Source: Macrostomum lignano (taxonomy: Eukaryota). From it: a DNA stretch of 64,000 nucleotides. Location: assembly GCA_002269645.1 (NCBI GenBank), contig NIVC01003051.1, positions 59,029 to 123,028 on the forward strand, written 5' to 3'. Below the pieces are notes generated by a model. It was not told the DNA's origin, did not search any database, and was given only the letters and a program-made list of their open reading frames with translations. A program made the position numbers and the translations under genes. Shown here one piece after another: positions 22,501-35,148 of this stretch. Each line of letters begins with the position of its first letter. Position 1 is the first letter of the stretch.

Positions 22501-24849
22501 GTCTATGCTGCAGTATGAAATGCGCAATGTCTACGGAAAGGACTGGAGCCTTTGGACGGATGTTCAGTTTGCTGAAAGTAGAAAATCGCTGGATGCGGCT
22601 ATGAAGCTATCAACTGCGGAAGGAAAAGGAGTCGGGCTAAAAAAGTCAGAGCCTGTGACGAAATCTATCGAAGATGATTGCTGGAATGCTGGTGTGCTAG
22701 GCTCCCAAAATCCTGAGCAACTAGTTCGCACCGTAATTTGGCTAATTGGCAAGCACTTCGGTCTGCGGGGTGATAGTGAGCTACGTGATTTGGAATTCCA
22801 GTGCGAGATCAATTTGGATGGCAGTGGGATTGAAGAGTGCCTTGATTACGAGGAGTGTCGGCGGACCAAGACGAATCAAGGTGGCCTGAAAGGAATTCAG
22901 AAACAACCGAAAGTAGTCAAAGCTTTCCATGCTGCAGATCCGGAGCAATGCGTTGTGTGCCTATACATCAAGTACGTTTCGTTGCGCCCCGAGAATTGTT
23001 CAAAAGCTTTGTTTCTTGCCGCCAATAAGCACTGGATGGAATCGAACGGAAAAGCCTGGTATAGTGTTCAGCCTATTGGGAAGAACACTATCTCGACAAT
23101 TGTGAAAGCCGCAGTGTCTGAAGTTCGGCCAAACAGCACTGCTCGTTTCTCGAATCAGAGCCTGCGAAAAGCATGTGCTATTCAACTCCACGAGGCTGGT
23201 GTCGAACGCGGAGACATTGCTCAGATCACTGGTCACGCTACTACCTACACGCTACAGGCTCTGGAGAAATACATAGCGCCATCAACAACACGACAGAAGA
23301 TCCAAAGTGCTATTTTGAGTGGAGACGCCACCGAGGCTTCTGCTGCAAGTATCATACAACAGTCTCGTGTTACCGTGTCCGACGTCAATACCGAGGTTTC
23401 TATCGAACCACCTGCTAGTAAGCGCATGCTCATCGAGGCAGACGGTGAAAAAAAACGTTGTGAAAATCACATTCTGTTAGTCATTATAAGTCCGAAACGA
23501 ACTTTATATCACACATTTTGTGTCCTACAGTTGTAATTAAGCTTTTGTGTGCAACACTTTTTGCTAGTTTTTGTTAGTCTATGGTTGTTGTCTCGAATTT
23601 ATCAGCCCGCGGGGCAGCGGGAAATAAATTATTTATTCACCTAGGGAAATAAATGAAAACATGCGTCACATAGACACTCGCCCAGGGCAAAAGGGGGATA
23701 CATATCATATTCCCCACTCATTTAGCTGTCTAGCGGGCAAAAGCAAGAGGTGACTCGTTTATTGACCGAGGCGAAGCCGAGGCCTAGATGCGAGTCTGAA
23801 GCTTATGCTTCAGACCATAGACTAAAATAAACGGAAATAATATATTTATACCCCGTTTGGCCATATTAACATTGTACATTTTAACCATGGAGAAATTTTG
23901 ATTTGATGCCGTGCACAAAAACGACTGTGTTGGGTACTTAAGAGTGAGTGGCTGTCTTTATCTTTACTAAAAATTTTCTGTGACATTTCGAGTTATTGTC
24001 TGCATGGGTGATGTTGATCGCGTCAGCTTTGAATCACTTAGTCTTCCTGAAGTCAAAGCTGTCTTAAGCACAGAATATACACTATTTATGATATACACAG
24101 AATGCTCAATCACGCATTTTGAGAAAATTTCCTGCAAAGAATTACATTCTATACTACATTTACACCTTTTTCTATTCTTTTTGGCAAACGTGCAATCAAA
24201 TTCAAAATCTTTTCATTCAATTCAGACAGTTTGGCCGGACGTGCATTCGATTCCGACAAATGTGCTTTTAAAAGCGACAATTTTCAAACAAAGCAAACAA
24301 GCTACCACGAGAAACCGACACTTTGCAATCAATTCAAACAAATTGCAATCAATTCCGACAGTTGGCTATGAATTGGCTTTTTATGTCCTCCTATCTATGG
24401 CTTTGACTTTGATTGCACGTTTGCCAAAATAGAATGGAAAAAGGAGTAGCTACTCTTGTTGTGAAGAAAAGCTAAGTAGGCTGAATGGCACTTTGTCATG
24501 TTTGTCCGTCCCAGACGGCTTCGTGAGCGGCGCTTACCATAGCTATATTTTAGCAGAGCATATCACTCCCGTTCTATTTTGGGTAGACTGGGAAGCGTAC
24601 GAGTCTGCCCTTCATCTTTGCGTATAAAGCCACCTCCCTCAGTTCTTAATTGTAAGCACTTCTGATTATAGACAAATACGAGTATGTATGCGGCCATAGA
24701 TTAAAACACGGGCAAGCCAACAGAAAGTGAGGTTGAGGCATGGTAAGCACCGTTAAGGCGTAAAGCCGGAGCAAGTGACAGAATCATTCACAGCAATTAC
24801 TCAGAATGCCAAATCGACAATTTAAAAAATCGGTGCAAGAAAAGAAACC

Positions 24850-25555
24850 GCATCGGACTATTCTTGTTGCTTGTTAAAATGCAGAGGCAGCTTCAATGAC
24901 AGACGGGAGTGCCGAGAGGCCGTGGCAGCTTTGCGATCCGTGTCTGTCAACCAGTTGTTGGGCTGTCACTTGCAGACCAACAGCAACTGCGAGAACGATG
25001 GTGGGCGATTTTCAGGCCCGGGTTGCAGAAAGTGCAAGTGCGCAGAGTCCTGGGTTGCAGGGCGATGATTCTGATTTCAGTGGATTCCACTGCATCAACT
25101 CATCAAGCTCACGACCTGCTTGCCGGTACATTCGGCATCATTAAGAGCGAGAAGTGCGTCTACATTGGGGGCTGGCTGCTTTTCAAGCTCTTCAAATCTG
25201 ACGCACATTCTGCAGCTCGAAAATGGACAGGATGGAACTGGAAACCTGGTCATCCGCAAAAAGCCAATCAATCATATCTGCAGTCTGTCAGATGGAGCGC
25301 ACTTTCACGACAACAGACAAAGAGTTGTGTGTTCTGAAGGGTGTGGGTCAATGGCTGCAAGAAAAGTTCTTTCCTGTTGTTCTTGCTAACATTCACACAC
25401 ACAGCTTGGATCACAGTGAATGCTGCGCAAGGGCGGTGGCCAAGTCGTTTGCCAGAATTCGCCTGAATCACTGGTGCAACACTCAGAGGGAGCTTGCTCA
25501 GCAGAGAAAGCGAGGGCGCATGACAGGAATGAAGAGAACTGAAGAGAAGAATTGA
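24850..25555 (+). pseudogene. P-transposase C-terminal remnant
   Basis: RGSFNDR...SNCEND; YIGGWLLFKLFK; QMERTF; HSECC...FARIRLNHWCN..RKRGR; collinear with 21323-21894. Confidence 0.7.
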
Positions 25556-25611
25556 TGCGAATTAATGCTGTTTAACTGCGATTTGAAGATACGAATGAAT
25601 GCTGTTTGACT

Positions 25612-26138
25612 GGGGGGTCTTTCTCGAAAGCAACTTACGATCGACCATAGACTTAAGTTGGGTAAGCTACACTTACGGGTTGCTCGAAGGGCTCGCAAGT
25701 TAGCTATGCGTAAGATTGATCGCAACTTTACGAGTTCGTAACTTTGCGCAAAAGACTGTTTCTCGAAACGTTCGTATGTCTATGGTCTTTCGTAAGGTTG
25801 ATCTTAACCCTACGACTGCTCGGTATCAGTCGTAAAACGCACTTAAGCACTAATCGCATAGTACGTGAAGCTTTAGTCAAGCCAAGTCAAGTTAAACTTT
25901 ATCGAAGGTGGGTCTTTCTCGAAAGCAACTTACGATAGACTAAGTAAAGATATTTGCAGATTTATGACCATAGACATGCAACTTTTCGTTTCAGATACGA
26001 CTTACGAACAGCGTAAGCCACGCAAAGTCTAAGTGAGTTTTGAGAAAGCGTCTTACGAGCAAACTTACGCTACACATAAATTTCTTTCTTACGATCTAAC
26101 TTACCATAGAACTTACGTGAGTTTCGAGAAACACCCCC
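25612..26138. mobile_element. MITE nested in the second P-type element (PIF/Harbinger-like ends, tentative)
   Basis: Ends GGGGGT(C/G)TTTCTCGAAA in inverted orientation; many internal CTTACG/CGTAAG motifs; TSD not cleanly resolved. Confidence 0.6.
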
Positions 26139-28375
26139 AGGAGTTTTAAAGATTCAAGTTGTGACTTCCTAAATAAACTGACTGGTTTTTACATTTGATC
26201 CTTTATAATAGGATGTTACTGCTTTTGATACTTTCTGCTAAATTATTCCTCGCTAGTTATACTACTGGCCATAGACTTCTCAACAAAAGTAGCGCGGACG
26301 ATTTTGAATTCAGTTTCATGAAAAATGCGTGATTGAACATTCTGTGTATATTCTGTTTTAAGTGACTTGCCATTCGCAGCCGCAACCGACTATCCGAGTT
26401 TGAGCAAGCGCGATCTCAACTACATTCTTAAGTGTTTTATCTTAGAGATCCGAAATTAACGTGGTGATCGCTATTGCGCTTCTTCGTTGGAGGATTATTT
26501 TCAGCATGCTACAATACTTGTTCAACCTATGCGGAAAGCCATGGAGCCTCTGGAAGGACGGAGAATTCAATGAGAGCCGACGTCTTGAGAGAAACTCTGG
26601 TCTGAAGGTGTGATTGGTAGTGATGTCCACGACAATTGGTGAGTTCTGTGATTTGGGCAGAGGGGTCATTGTGATGTTGTGCGGGTGTCACGTTATTGGC
26701 GTAGAGGCTATGACCCTTAGAAGGGCCGTTTTACGAGAGTTGTCGTAAGTCGTAGTCCCAAAATGAGTCGAGTCAAGTCTTGATAAGCGGATTGTGTAGC
26801 GGAGCACTTGGCATACAAGGCAGGTAACTGCCGTAGTTGTTTTATTGTTGAGATCAATATTCAAATTTGGTTAATGTTAATACAGAACTTATTGTGCTTT
26901 TGGGACACTGGCGGCTGCAACAATGGTTTTGAATTGAAGGTGAATTAGAAATTGTAGTCGAGTGGTAGGCGAGTGATGCAAGGCGATGCAACGTGGTGAG
27001 TAACGGTGATGAGCACAGCAGTGGCAGATGCGTAGTGGTGAGATTGGCGTTAGCCGTGGCAGACAGTGGCAGGCAGTGTAAACAGGCTGGCCCAGACAGA
27101 GGAGCCGTGGCGAGAGATAAGGAGGCAGATAGAAGGCAGGAGAAGGAAAACAAGAGCCGCGAAGTGAGGAGGCCCCCAGCCCGCCGCCAGGCGGGGGTTA
27201 ATAAAGAGCGCAAAAGGGGGGTAGCGTAAAACACGGAGAGCCTTCATTGGCTGGCGAGAGAACTTGAAATTATCGATCGTGCCAAAATTCACAGACGGGC
27301 GCAAGGCCTACCAAATGCACAGTGAATTAGCAGTTGATACAGATTATTTACACGCTACTATAAGTAAACGTTAAAATAAACTATTGGAGAAATTAAAATG
27401 AGAAATTGCAAGGGAAACTATAGTCCAACGGCCCTTTTGCGGGACCACTTAAACTAGCAACGTCACAGCGGGGTTATTGTCTACTTTTATTAAGTTGATC
27501 TGTTACGACCCATTGACTAACTTTTAACTGCCAAAGCCAAAAAACTGCTTAACAACTGCTCGCTTTTCTAAAACTGCTTGTTGCTTGTACATGTATTCAT
27601 TTGAGTACTTTCTTGTGGCTCATTCGTTTGTCTTATTTATTTGGATCGTTTATTGGGCCGGGACAAATGAACGCATTTTACATTGGACCATAGACTTATT
27701 CGGCGCGGCCAAAAGGGGTATACATTGAAAGCTTGCAGTACCAATTAGTAGGCCGCAAAAAGGAACATTGAGACTGTCACAGAAAAAAACAATCGTCTAT
27801 CGTCTACGTTTCACCACGGATAGAAAGACTTTCGATTTTAATCTAAGCTTTATTAAATTGGTTTTTACCGTAGATAAATTTGTAGGTACGAGCACGTATT
27901 TTTTAGGTAAATTTCGTATTTTACCCACGACTAGCTGACGTAGATAGAAACTTTATAAAATTAGAACTTAGTCCACAGCTCGTAAAGTCCCACTACCCGT
28001 TTTTATCAGGCTAAACGTGCTGCTTGCTGGCCAGAGAAATTAATCATTCCTTTTTTACTTTGGCGTCGCATTAAACTATTTGCACACAACTATCTGCTCT
28101 GCCAACAAACCTGATGAAGCTTCAGGCTTACCGAGTGATGCTCTGTAGTGGCAGTAGATAAGGGAAAATCAAACGTTTCCTAAAATCCATTCCTAAATAA
28201 AATCCATTATTGCTAACCTAATTTGGACACAGTCACCGTCTGTAGCTAGAGTAAACACCGATTTTCTCTTATTAATATTGACTTGCTGTAAGCTTCGTGC
28301 CGATCACCTATTTTACGAGAAACGAATCTGCATTAGCCTAATTCAGTCTGAACCCTATACACGTCGGTACCCGCA

Positions 28376-29997
28376 ATGCAGCTGATAAAAAATGCATTGA
28401 GTGGCACATCAGCGCACGGTCTGTCGAGAGTTACGTCCAACAAGCCAATCTACGTTCGATTAACCTGGTTACTAATATTCCTAATTATGTTTGGCCTGTT
28501 TCTTAAAGGACTCGTTGAGTTCGTGGAGAAGTTGCGGGTGAAAAAAGTAACCAGCTCGATAGAATCTGACGGTGTTAAGTTTCGATTTCCGGACATATTT
28601 GCCTGCTTTGAGAATCCCATCTCTAGCAGCTATTCGGCCACATTGGACTACGCCACAGCTTCTGCTATTAATACCAGCTTCAGTATGGTTGATACAGAGC
28701 TCCAGTTTCATGCCATTAAAGAAAACCTATCTCAAGAGAATACTGCAAAGCTGATGATTGAAAAGAGCTTTGTATATGTGTTTGGGTTGTCTTATAAACT
28801 TTTGTTTGACTCGTTGGCTCATCGAGTTGAGCAGTCGTTGATCTCTAGCACCATTGTCTACATGAGCGAAATCGGAGACGCCAAATTAGCAGAGATCGAA
28901 GCTTATCCGTTTAACCATCCGCAGTACCTTCGCTGCCTACGTTGGACCATCAACAAAACTTGGCAGGATAAAATGACTACAGTCGAAGCGTGGGCCGGAC
29001 TCACTATCACCTTACTGTTGGACACTAGCGGCTCCTTGCTGGAGCTCAAAGGTGGTTATAAAATACCGCGTAGAACTTTCATTCCGGACGGCTCGGAGAT
29101 CCCGATATCTGATTGGACTCTAGCAATCAAGGACTACAAACAGGCTGACAGGCCGATTGGACTGAAGGTGTTTTTGAGTCCACCTGGCGAATATCCTTCG
29201 GACTTTGTGAGTTCATTCTCTCTTGGGCCGGGTAGATATCACACTGTGGAGATCAAAATGTCAGCTTACTCCTTCAAGGAGGATCAATTTAAGTGCATTG
29301 GCGACGGCCATCCCGCTATTCAGTTCACTAATCCGTACGATCTGTCTGCCTACAGTCACGTGTATAGCTACTCCTACTGCTACTACTATGAATACCACCG
29401 TTTGAACCAGCTGCTGTTAAACCTATCTGGTAACATCAGTCCTTTACCATGGCCCCTGAGAGATTTCAAGTACATGTTTAACATATCTTCAAGGCCGCAC
29501 TACGGTAGCATGGATTACGAACAATCGGTGTGGGACCAGCAAGGAGAGCTGGCCGAAAAAGAGAAACCTGCAAGCAGAAGCGACCCTGCAGCACGCTGGA
29601 CTACAGTGCCAGCGTATCCAGCGCTGACTGGCCCACGCACAGCTCTCTGGCTCCTTTTATCAACAGCTCAGTGAGGCAGGCTTGGATGCGAGCCAAAGAC
29701 AGGAACCTCAGCGTACCGGCTCTTGACTTTTTGCTAACTAGCAACTCTTCCCGTGTTGCCTCGTACGTCCGCGACAACCTGTTAAAAGTGCACTTCAAGC
29801 CTAGTAGCGTCAGTAGTGACAAAGTCACATTCTCTATCGACTACGGATTTTCAAATTTCGTCTCGGAAGTTGGCGGCATTATGGGCATCTATCTGGGCAT
29901 GTCGTTGCTGACCCTATGCGAGCTGCTGGAACTGCTGTACGACATTTTTGCACGATATTGTTTGAAGAACGACAATGAATTGCCTGCCGAAAAGTGA
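28376..29997 (+). CDS. DEG/ENaC (amiloride-sensitive) channel subunit, intronless, about 540 aa with one frameshift
   Basis: TSAHG motif, TM1 RLTWLLIF, FPDIFAC..NP, C..PC...Y..S.S...WP, TM2 SEVGGIMGIYLGMSLLTLCELLE; one extra A in the A5 run at 29556-29560 joins the two ORFs. Confidence 0.9.
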
Positions 29998-30468
29998 CGC
30001 TCTTGAATATGAATGAAAACTCTGTCAGTACCGTTAAATTCCCTGTAAAAAAATGGTGAGCAGTTTATATCCAGATTTTAACTAATCTAGAATAAAGTTC
30101 ACAATGCCTCTATATGGTGTGGAGATTGGAAATTCAATTTTTTTAATCTGTTTTAATCTGAAAAAAGTGACGAACGATTTTTGCTAACTATTTAGTCAAG
30201 TGAAAACGCTGTCTGTAAAAATATTTTTGAAAAGTTATCTTATCTACTATTCAGTGCAAATGCAAACTTCGCCCAGTCGGTCGCTAAACTTTTCCAGTCA
30301 ACTATCGTCCAGGTTAGTGTTGAGCAAAAATATAAATTGAATTTTTCTGGTAACTATTACTGCTCTCGCTCCATTTTGCTGAGCCTAACGATAAATTTAG
30401 CTTGACTGTTTGGGCATATCGTGCTTTTTTAATAGCAAGTAGCTCGTATTCTGTAAAACGTCGAAGTG

Positions 30469-33400
30469 ATGGATATTAGTAAGATTCCTATTAAAGAGCT
30501 TTCAATTCAAATAGATTCAAGTCTGTTGGACCCCAATTGCATTGGCATTGACTTTGGTAAGTCAGCAAAATTTGGGCACCAGTCTGAGTGGTTCGGTGCC
30601 ATTTATGTTGTTGGGTGCCACTTACACTATCTACGTGCCATTCTTTTGAGTTTCATTCTTAATGAAACTCATTCTGGCCATCATTCTTAAGGTCGATTCA
30701 CACTGCCATCAAATGAGCCAAAAAATTACATGACCGATGTACACAGGGATAAAATTTGATGTACAAGTTGTGTGATCACACGAAATCTGGCCATATTTCA
30801 TGGCTGTGTGACCCAGCAAATTGGATGTCATGTTAGTTTATAAATGGTACTCATCTAGAGACAAAAACTGAGTGCTTCGTGTATTTTTTCGTAGACAGTA
30901 TTAATGAAATATAAAACAGCGCTGATTTTTAGTTTGAGTCTTGAGATCAGCATACAACAAATGGGATGTCATTTATAGTTCTCGTAGTTTCATGTACGCT
31001 ACCGTTACTTTAATATCTCTTCGCAACCTATGTTACATTTTCAATCGACTGCAAGGCACTGAACGCACAAAGCTTGCGTACCCTTCGGCCTGCATCGATT
31101 CCGAATCTACTACAAAGTACACCGCGAACTTTGCAACTTTCGAGACCAACGAAAAGACCGGCGTTGAAGTTTTAATTAAATATTTAACTGATAAACTACC
31201 TGATTTAAAGTCTGACTCCAGCAGCGGCCGCAAAAACTGGAAGGTGCGAGTAACGGGAGCCAGGGCTACCCAAGCTGCCGCGGATTCGATAAAACAACAA
31301 TTGGGACTTGAGTGAGGACTTTGGGACTTTGTGTACTGGCTAGCTAGCAAGTAGAATCGTGTCATGACTTGTTTCCCCGGCTGGCAGAAAGAAAATCAAG
31401 CCCGTTAATGGCCATAGACATGTTATAACCCACCTAAAGCATTAGCAACTGCCAAAAACTCGGCCAGTTACCATAGACAACTAGCAAATTGCCTTTTCCG
31501 GACACTTGATTAAATTTGCGCTTAAGAACGATTTGTTTGTTATAATCACAGATAATCACAGAATTGCAAATCAATAGAAATGAGTATTTGAAATGCCTGT
31601 TTGTGGTCTGACATAGCATTCAGTCGTCATTTTCCTGTGTGGGCCTTGTTATCTAATAGTATTCAAAGTATAAAGTCAGAGAAAACTTAAACGAAGCATC
31701 CAATGAGACTCGTTTCCATTTTATTTATAGGATCAGCTTTGTCGATGAGGCATCGAGCCAGTGTCGTGGCGCCAGCTTTCTGATGACTCGCTGCGATTCC
31801 GCCGACACCGCCTACCCGGCGCCGTTCATTGACCCCGCCGAATTCGCCGGTCTGGAGCACGGCGAGACATTTAAGAAATTTAACGAAGCTCAAGTCGATC
31901 TCATGTCCGGCGACTCAAAATTTCCCTGCCTGTTGGGCGTGTTTGGCTCCATTTGTCGGGTGTTCTTAGTGAGTGCTTGAGCTCGTGCAATTTCGTCTAT
32001 TTATATTTCAGTTTATTCACGCCTGTGAAGGTTTCTCTTCATCTCACTCCCCTATCCCAATCTCCATCTCACTACCCTATCCCAATCTCCATCTCACTCC
32101 CCTATCCCAATCTCCATCTCACTACCCTATCCCAATCTCCATCTCACTCCCCTATCCCAATCTCCATCTCACTCTCTGCCTATCCCAATCTCCATCTCAC
32201 TTCCCTATCCCAATCTCCATCTCACTCCCCTATCCCAATCTCCATCTCACTCCCCTATCCCAATCTCCATCTCACTCCCCTATCCCAATCTCCATCTCAC
32301 TCCCCTATCTCAATCTTCATCTCACTCCCCTATCCCAATCTCCATCTCACTCCCCTATCCCAATCTCCATCTCACTCCCCTATCCCAATCTCCATCTCAC
32401 TTCCCTATCCCAATCTCCATCTCACTCCCCTATCCCAATCTCCATCTCACTCCCCTATCTCAATCTCCATCTCACTCCCCTATCCCAATCTCCATCTCAC
32501 TTCCCTATCCCAATCTCCATCTCCCTCCCCTATCCCAATCTCCATCTCACTCCCCTATCTCAATCTCCATCTCACTCCCCTATCCCAATCTCCATCTCAC
32601 TCCCTATCCCAATCTCCATCTCACTTCCCTATCCCAATCTCCATCTCACTCCCCTATCCCAATCTCCATCTCACTCCCCTATCCCAATCTCCATCTCACT
32701 CCCCTATCTCAATCTTCATCTCACTCCCCTATCCCAATCTCCATCTCACTCCCCTATCCCAATCTCCATCTCACTTCCCTATCCCAATCTCCATCTCACT
32801 TCCCTATCCCAATCTCCATCTCACTCCCCTATCCCAATCTCCATCTCACTCCCCTATCTCAATCTCCATCTCACTCCCCTATCCCAATCTCCATCTCACT
32901 TCCCTATCCCAATCTCCATCTCCCTCCCCTATCCCAATCTCCATCTCACTCCCCTATCTCAATCTCCATCTCACTCCCCTATCCCAATCTCCATCTCACT
33001 CCCCTATCCCAATCTCCATCTCACTTCCCTATCCCAATCTCCATCTCACTCCCCTATCCCAATCTCCATCTCACTCCCCTATCTCAATCTCCATCTCACT
33101 CCCCTATCCCAATCTCCATCTCACTTCCCCATCCCAATCTCCATCTCACTCCCCTATCCTAATCTTCATCTCACTCTCTGCTTTACTGTCGATCTCTATT
33201 GGAAAATATGTCTAGACACAACTCAAAGTAAATATTTGAAAATGTTTGCATTTCTACTTACAGCAGTAGCGTAGTAAGTAGTTAGAAGTAAAATATTTTC
33301 TCTATAATTAACTCTCAGATGCAGGAAGATGGTCGGGGCGAAGAGGTGCACACGCAAAATCTGTCTGGCAAGAGCTTCTTAGGCATCTGCCAGTTGTTCA

Positions 33401-35094
33401 CCGGAGTCAGCGACTACTCAGTGCTGATGTCTATGGCGGCTGCTGGCAAGCGGGGCAACATCGACTCGCAGATCCGCGATCTGCTGGCTGACATGAAGAA
33501 CTCGCCGTACGGACGTCTGCCCCCATCTCTTGCCGTTTTTCCGTTTGGCAAGGCAGTTGACAACGACAGATCTTGTGAGCGTGTTGACAGCCACGCTGTC
33601 AGTTATACTGTCATCTGTACCGCCAAATTGGCTCATATACTGTCATGCTGTCATCTATACTGTCATGCTGTCATCTATACTGTCATGCTGTCATCTATAC
33701 TGTCACACTGTCATCTATACTGTCACACTGTCATCTATACTGTCATACTGTCATCTATACTGTCATGCTGTCATCTATACTGTCATGCTGTCATCGATAC
33801 TGTCATGCTGTCATATATACTATCATGCTGTCATCTATACTGTCATGCTGTCATCTATACTGTCATGCTGTCATCTATACTGTCATGCTGTCATCGATAC
33901 TGTCACACTGTCATCTATACTGTCATGCTGTCATCTATACTGTCATGCTGTCATCGATACTGTCATGCTGTCATATATACTATCATGCTGTCATCTATAC
34001 TGTCATGCTGTCATCTATACTGTCATGCTGTCATCTATACTGTCACACTGTCATCTATACTGTCATGCTGTCATCTATACTGTCATGCTGTCATCTATAC
34101 TGTCACACTGTCATCTATACTGTCATGCTGTCATATATACTGTCACACTGTCATCTATACTGTCATGCTGTCATCTATACTGTCATGCTGTCATCGATAC
34201 TGTCACACTGTCATCTATACTATCATGCTGTCATCTATACTGTCATGCTGTCATCTATACTGTCATGCTGTCATATATACTATCATGCTGTCATCTATAC
34301 TGTCATGCTGTCATCTATACTGTCATGCTGTCATCTATACTGTCACACTGTCATCTATACTGTCATGCTGTCATCTATACTGTCACACTGTCATCTATAC
34401 TGTCATGCTGTCATCTATACTGTCATGCTGTCATCGATACTGTCACACTGTCATCTATACTGTCATGCTGTCATCGATACTGTCACACTGTCATCTATAC
34501 TGTCATGCTGTCATCTATACTGTCATGCTGTCATCTATACTGTCATGCTGTCATCTATTCTGTCATGCTGTCATCTATACTGTCATGCTGTCATCGATAC
34601 TGTCACACTGTCATCTATACTGTCATGCTGTCATCGATACTGTCACACTGTCATCTATACTGTCATGCTGTCATCTATACTGTCATGCTGTCATCTATAC
34701 TGTCATGCTGTCATCTATTCTGTCATGCTGTCAGACACCCACCCATTTATTTTTTCTGCTAATTGGTATGGCCAGAAAAGCGGAAAACTATAGGCGCACT
34801 TCAGCCTTCTTTGAAAGTGAATTCCAATGCAACTCATCAGTCGCACTAATTAGCTAATCCACTTATAGCAAATAATTCAACCTGCTCAAAAAAATTAATT
34901 TTCCAGTCGAAGACACCCGACCGCAAGACCTGGTCCACTCCCTGGTGGCCACTTTTACGTCTAATCTGATCTACACGATTACCCAGATGGCCATGTTTTA
35001 CGGAGCCCGGAGTATTCGATTCGCTGGCGGCTCCTTTAACCACGAATGTCCTCGGGCCGAGCTGATCAAGACTGCCAAGTTGTTCACCGCCATT
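30469..35094 (+). CDS. Divergent type II pantothenate kinase (fumble)-like protein, 5 exons found, 3' end unresolved
   Basis: Phase-consistent exons 30469-30556, 31056-31311, 31731-31968, 33319-33574 and 34907-35094 (342 aa): IGIDFGTERTKLAY, VTGARA, FVDEASSQCRGASFL, FPCLLGVFGS, SGKSFLGICQLFTG, GKRGNIDSQIRD, FPFGKA, QDLVHSL...SNL, IRFAGGSF. Confidence 0.8.
32038..33176. repeat. Intronic 25-bp minisatellite CCCTATCCCAATCTCCATCTCACT(C/T)
   Basis: Fills PanK-like intron 3. Confidence 0.97.
33632..34733. repeat. Intronic 20-bp minisatellite CTGTCATCTATACTGTCATG (10-bp subunits)
   Basis: Fills PanK-like intron 4. Confidence 0.97.
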
Positions 35095-35148
35095 GTGAGC
35101 GACTGGCTTGCTGTATGGGACCCTGGGAGGACTAGGGAAGAGATGGGG

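Larger units (their letters stand above)
20633..23480 (+). pseudogene. Crypton tyrosine recombinase (DUF3504/ZMYM-QRICH1-related), interrupted by a P-type insertion
   Basis: 20633-20942 joined to 22509-23480 restores ...KDFVSMLQYEMRN...; motifs VPPNTVKK.AW..F.EW, EVRNK, LDAAMK, HFGLRG, RTKTNQGG, IGKNT, SNQSLR, ITGH, LEKY; removing one A from the A8 run at 23448-23455 gives the ending ADGEKNVVKITFC* (426 aa). Confidence 0.88.
20268..23704 (+). mobile_element. CryptonA-like tyrosine-recombinase transposon (boundaries tentative)
   Basis: 12-bp inverted repeat TATGTATCCCCC (20268-20279) / GGGGGATACATA (23693-23704) brackets the recombinase gene; terminal direct repeats not resolved. Confidence 0.55.
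24069..26357 (+). mobile_element. Second, more degraded P-type element of the same family, opposite orientation
   Basis: Left end CACAGAATATACAC...AGAATGCTCAATCACGCATTTT; right end AAAAATGCGTGATTGAACATTCTGTGTATATTCTGT; 24447-24495 is the reverse-complement homolog of 22383-22427; left flank GTCTTAAG, right flank keeps only TTAAG. Confidence 0.75.

Noticed and set aside
20935-22508. Insert read as a non-autonomous Crypton forming a lox-like site (inverted repeats around an 8-bp spacer)
   Set aside because: It contains THAP and P-transposase remnants, CANRG ends and an 8-bp TSD, all explained by the P superfamily.
26442-27304. Possible retroelement 5' region or ORF remnant
   Set aside because: No RT, endonuclease or terminal signature recognisable by eye.
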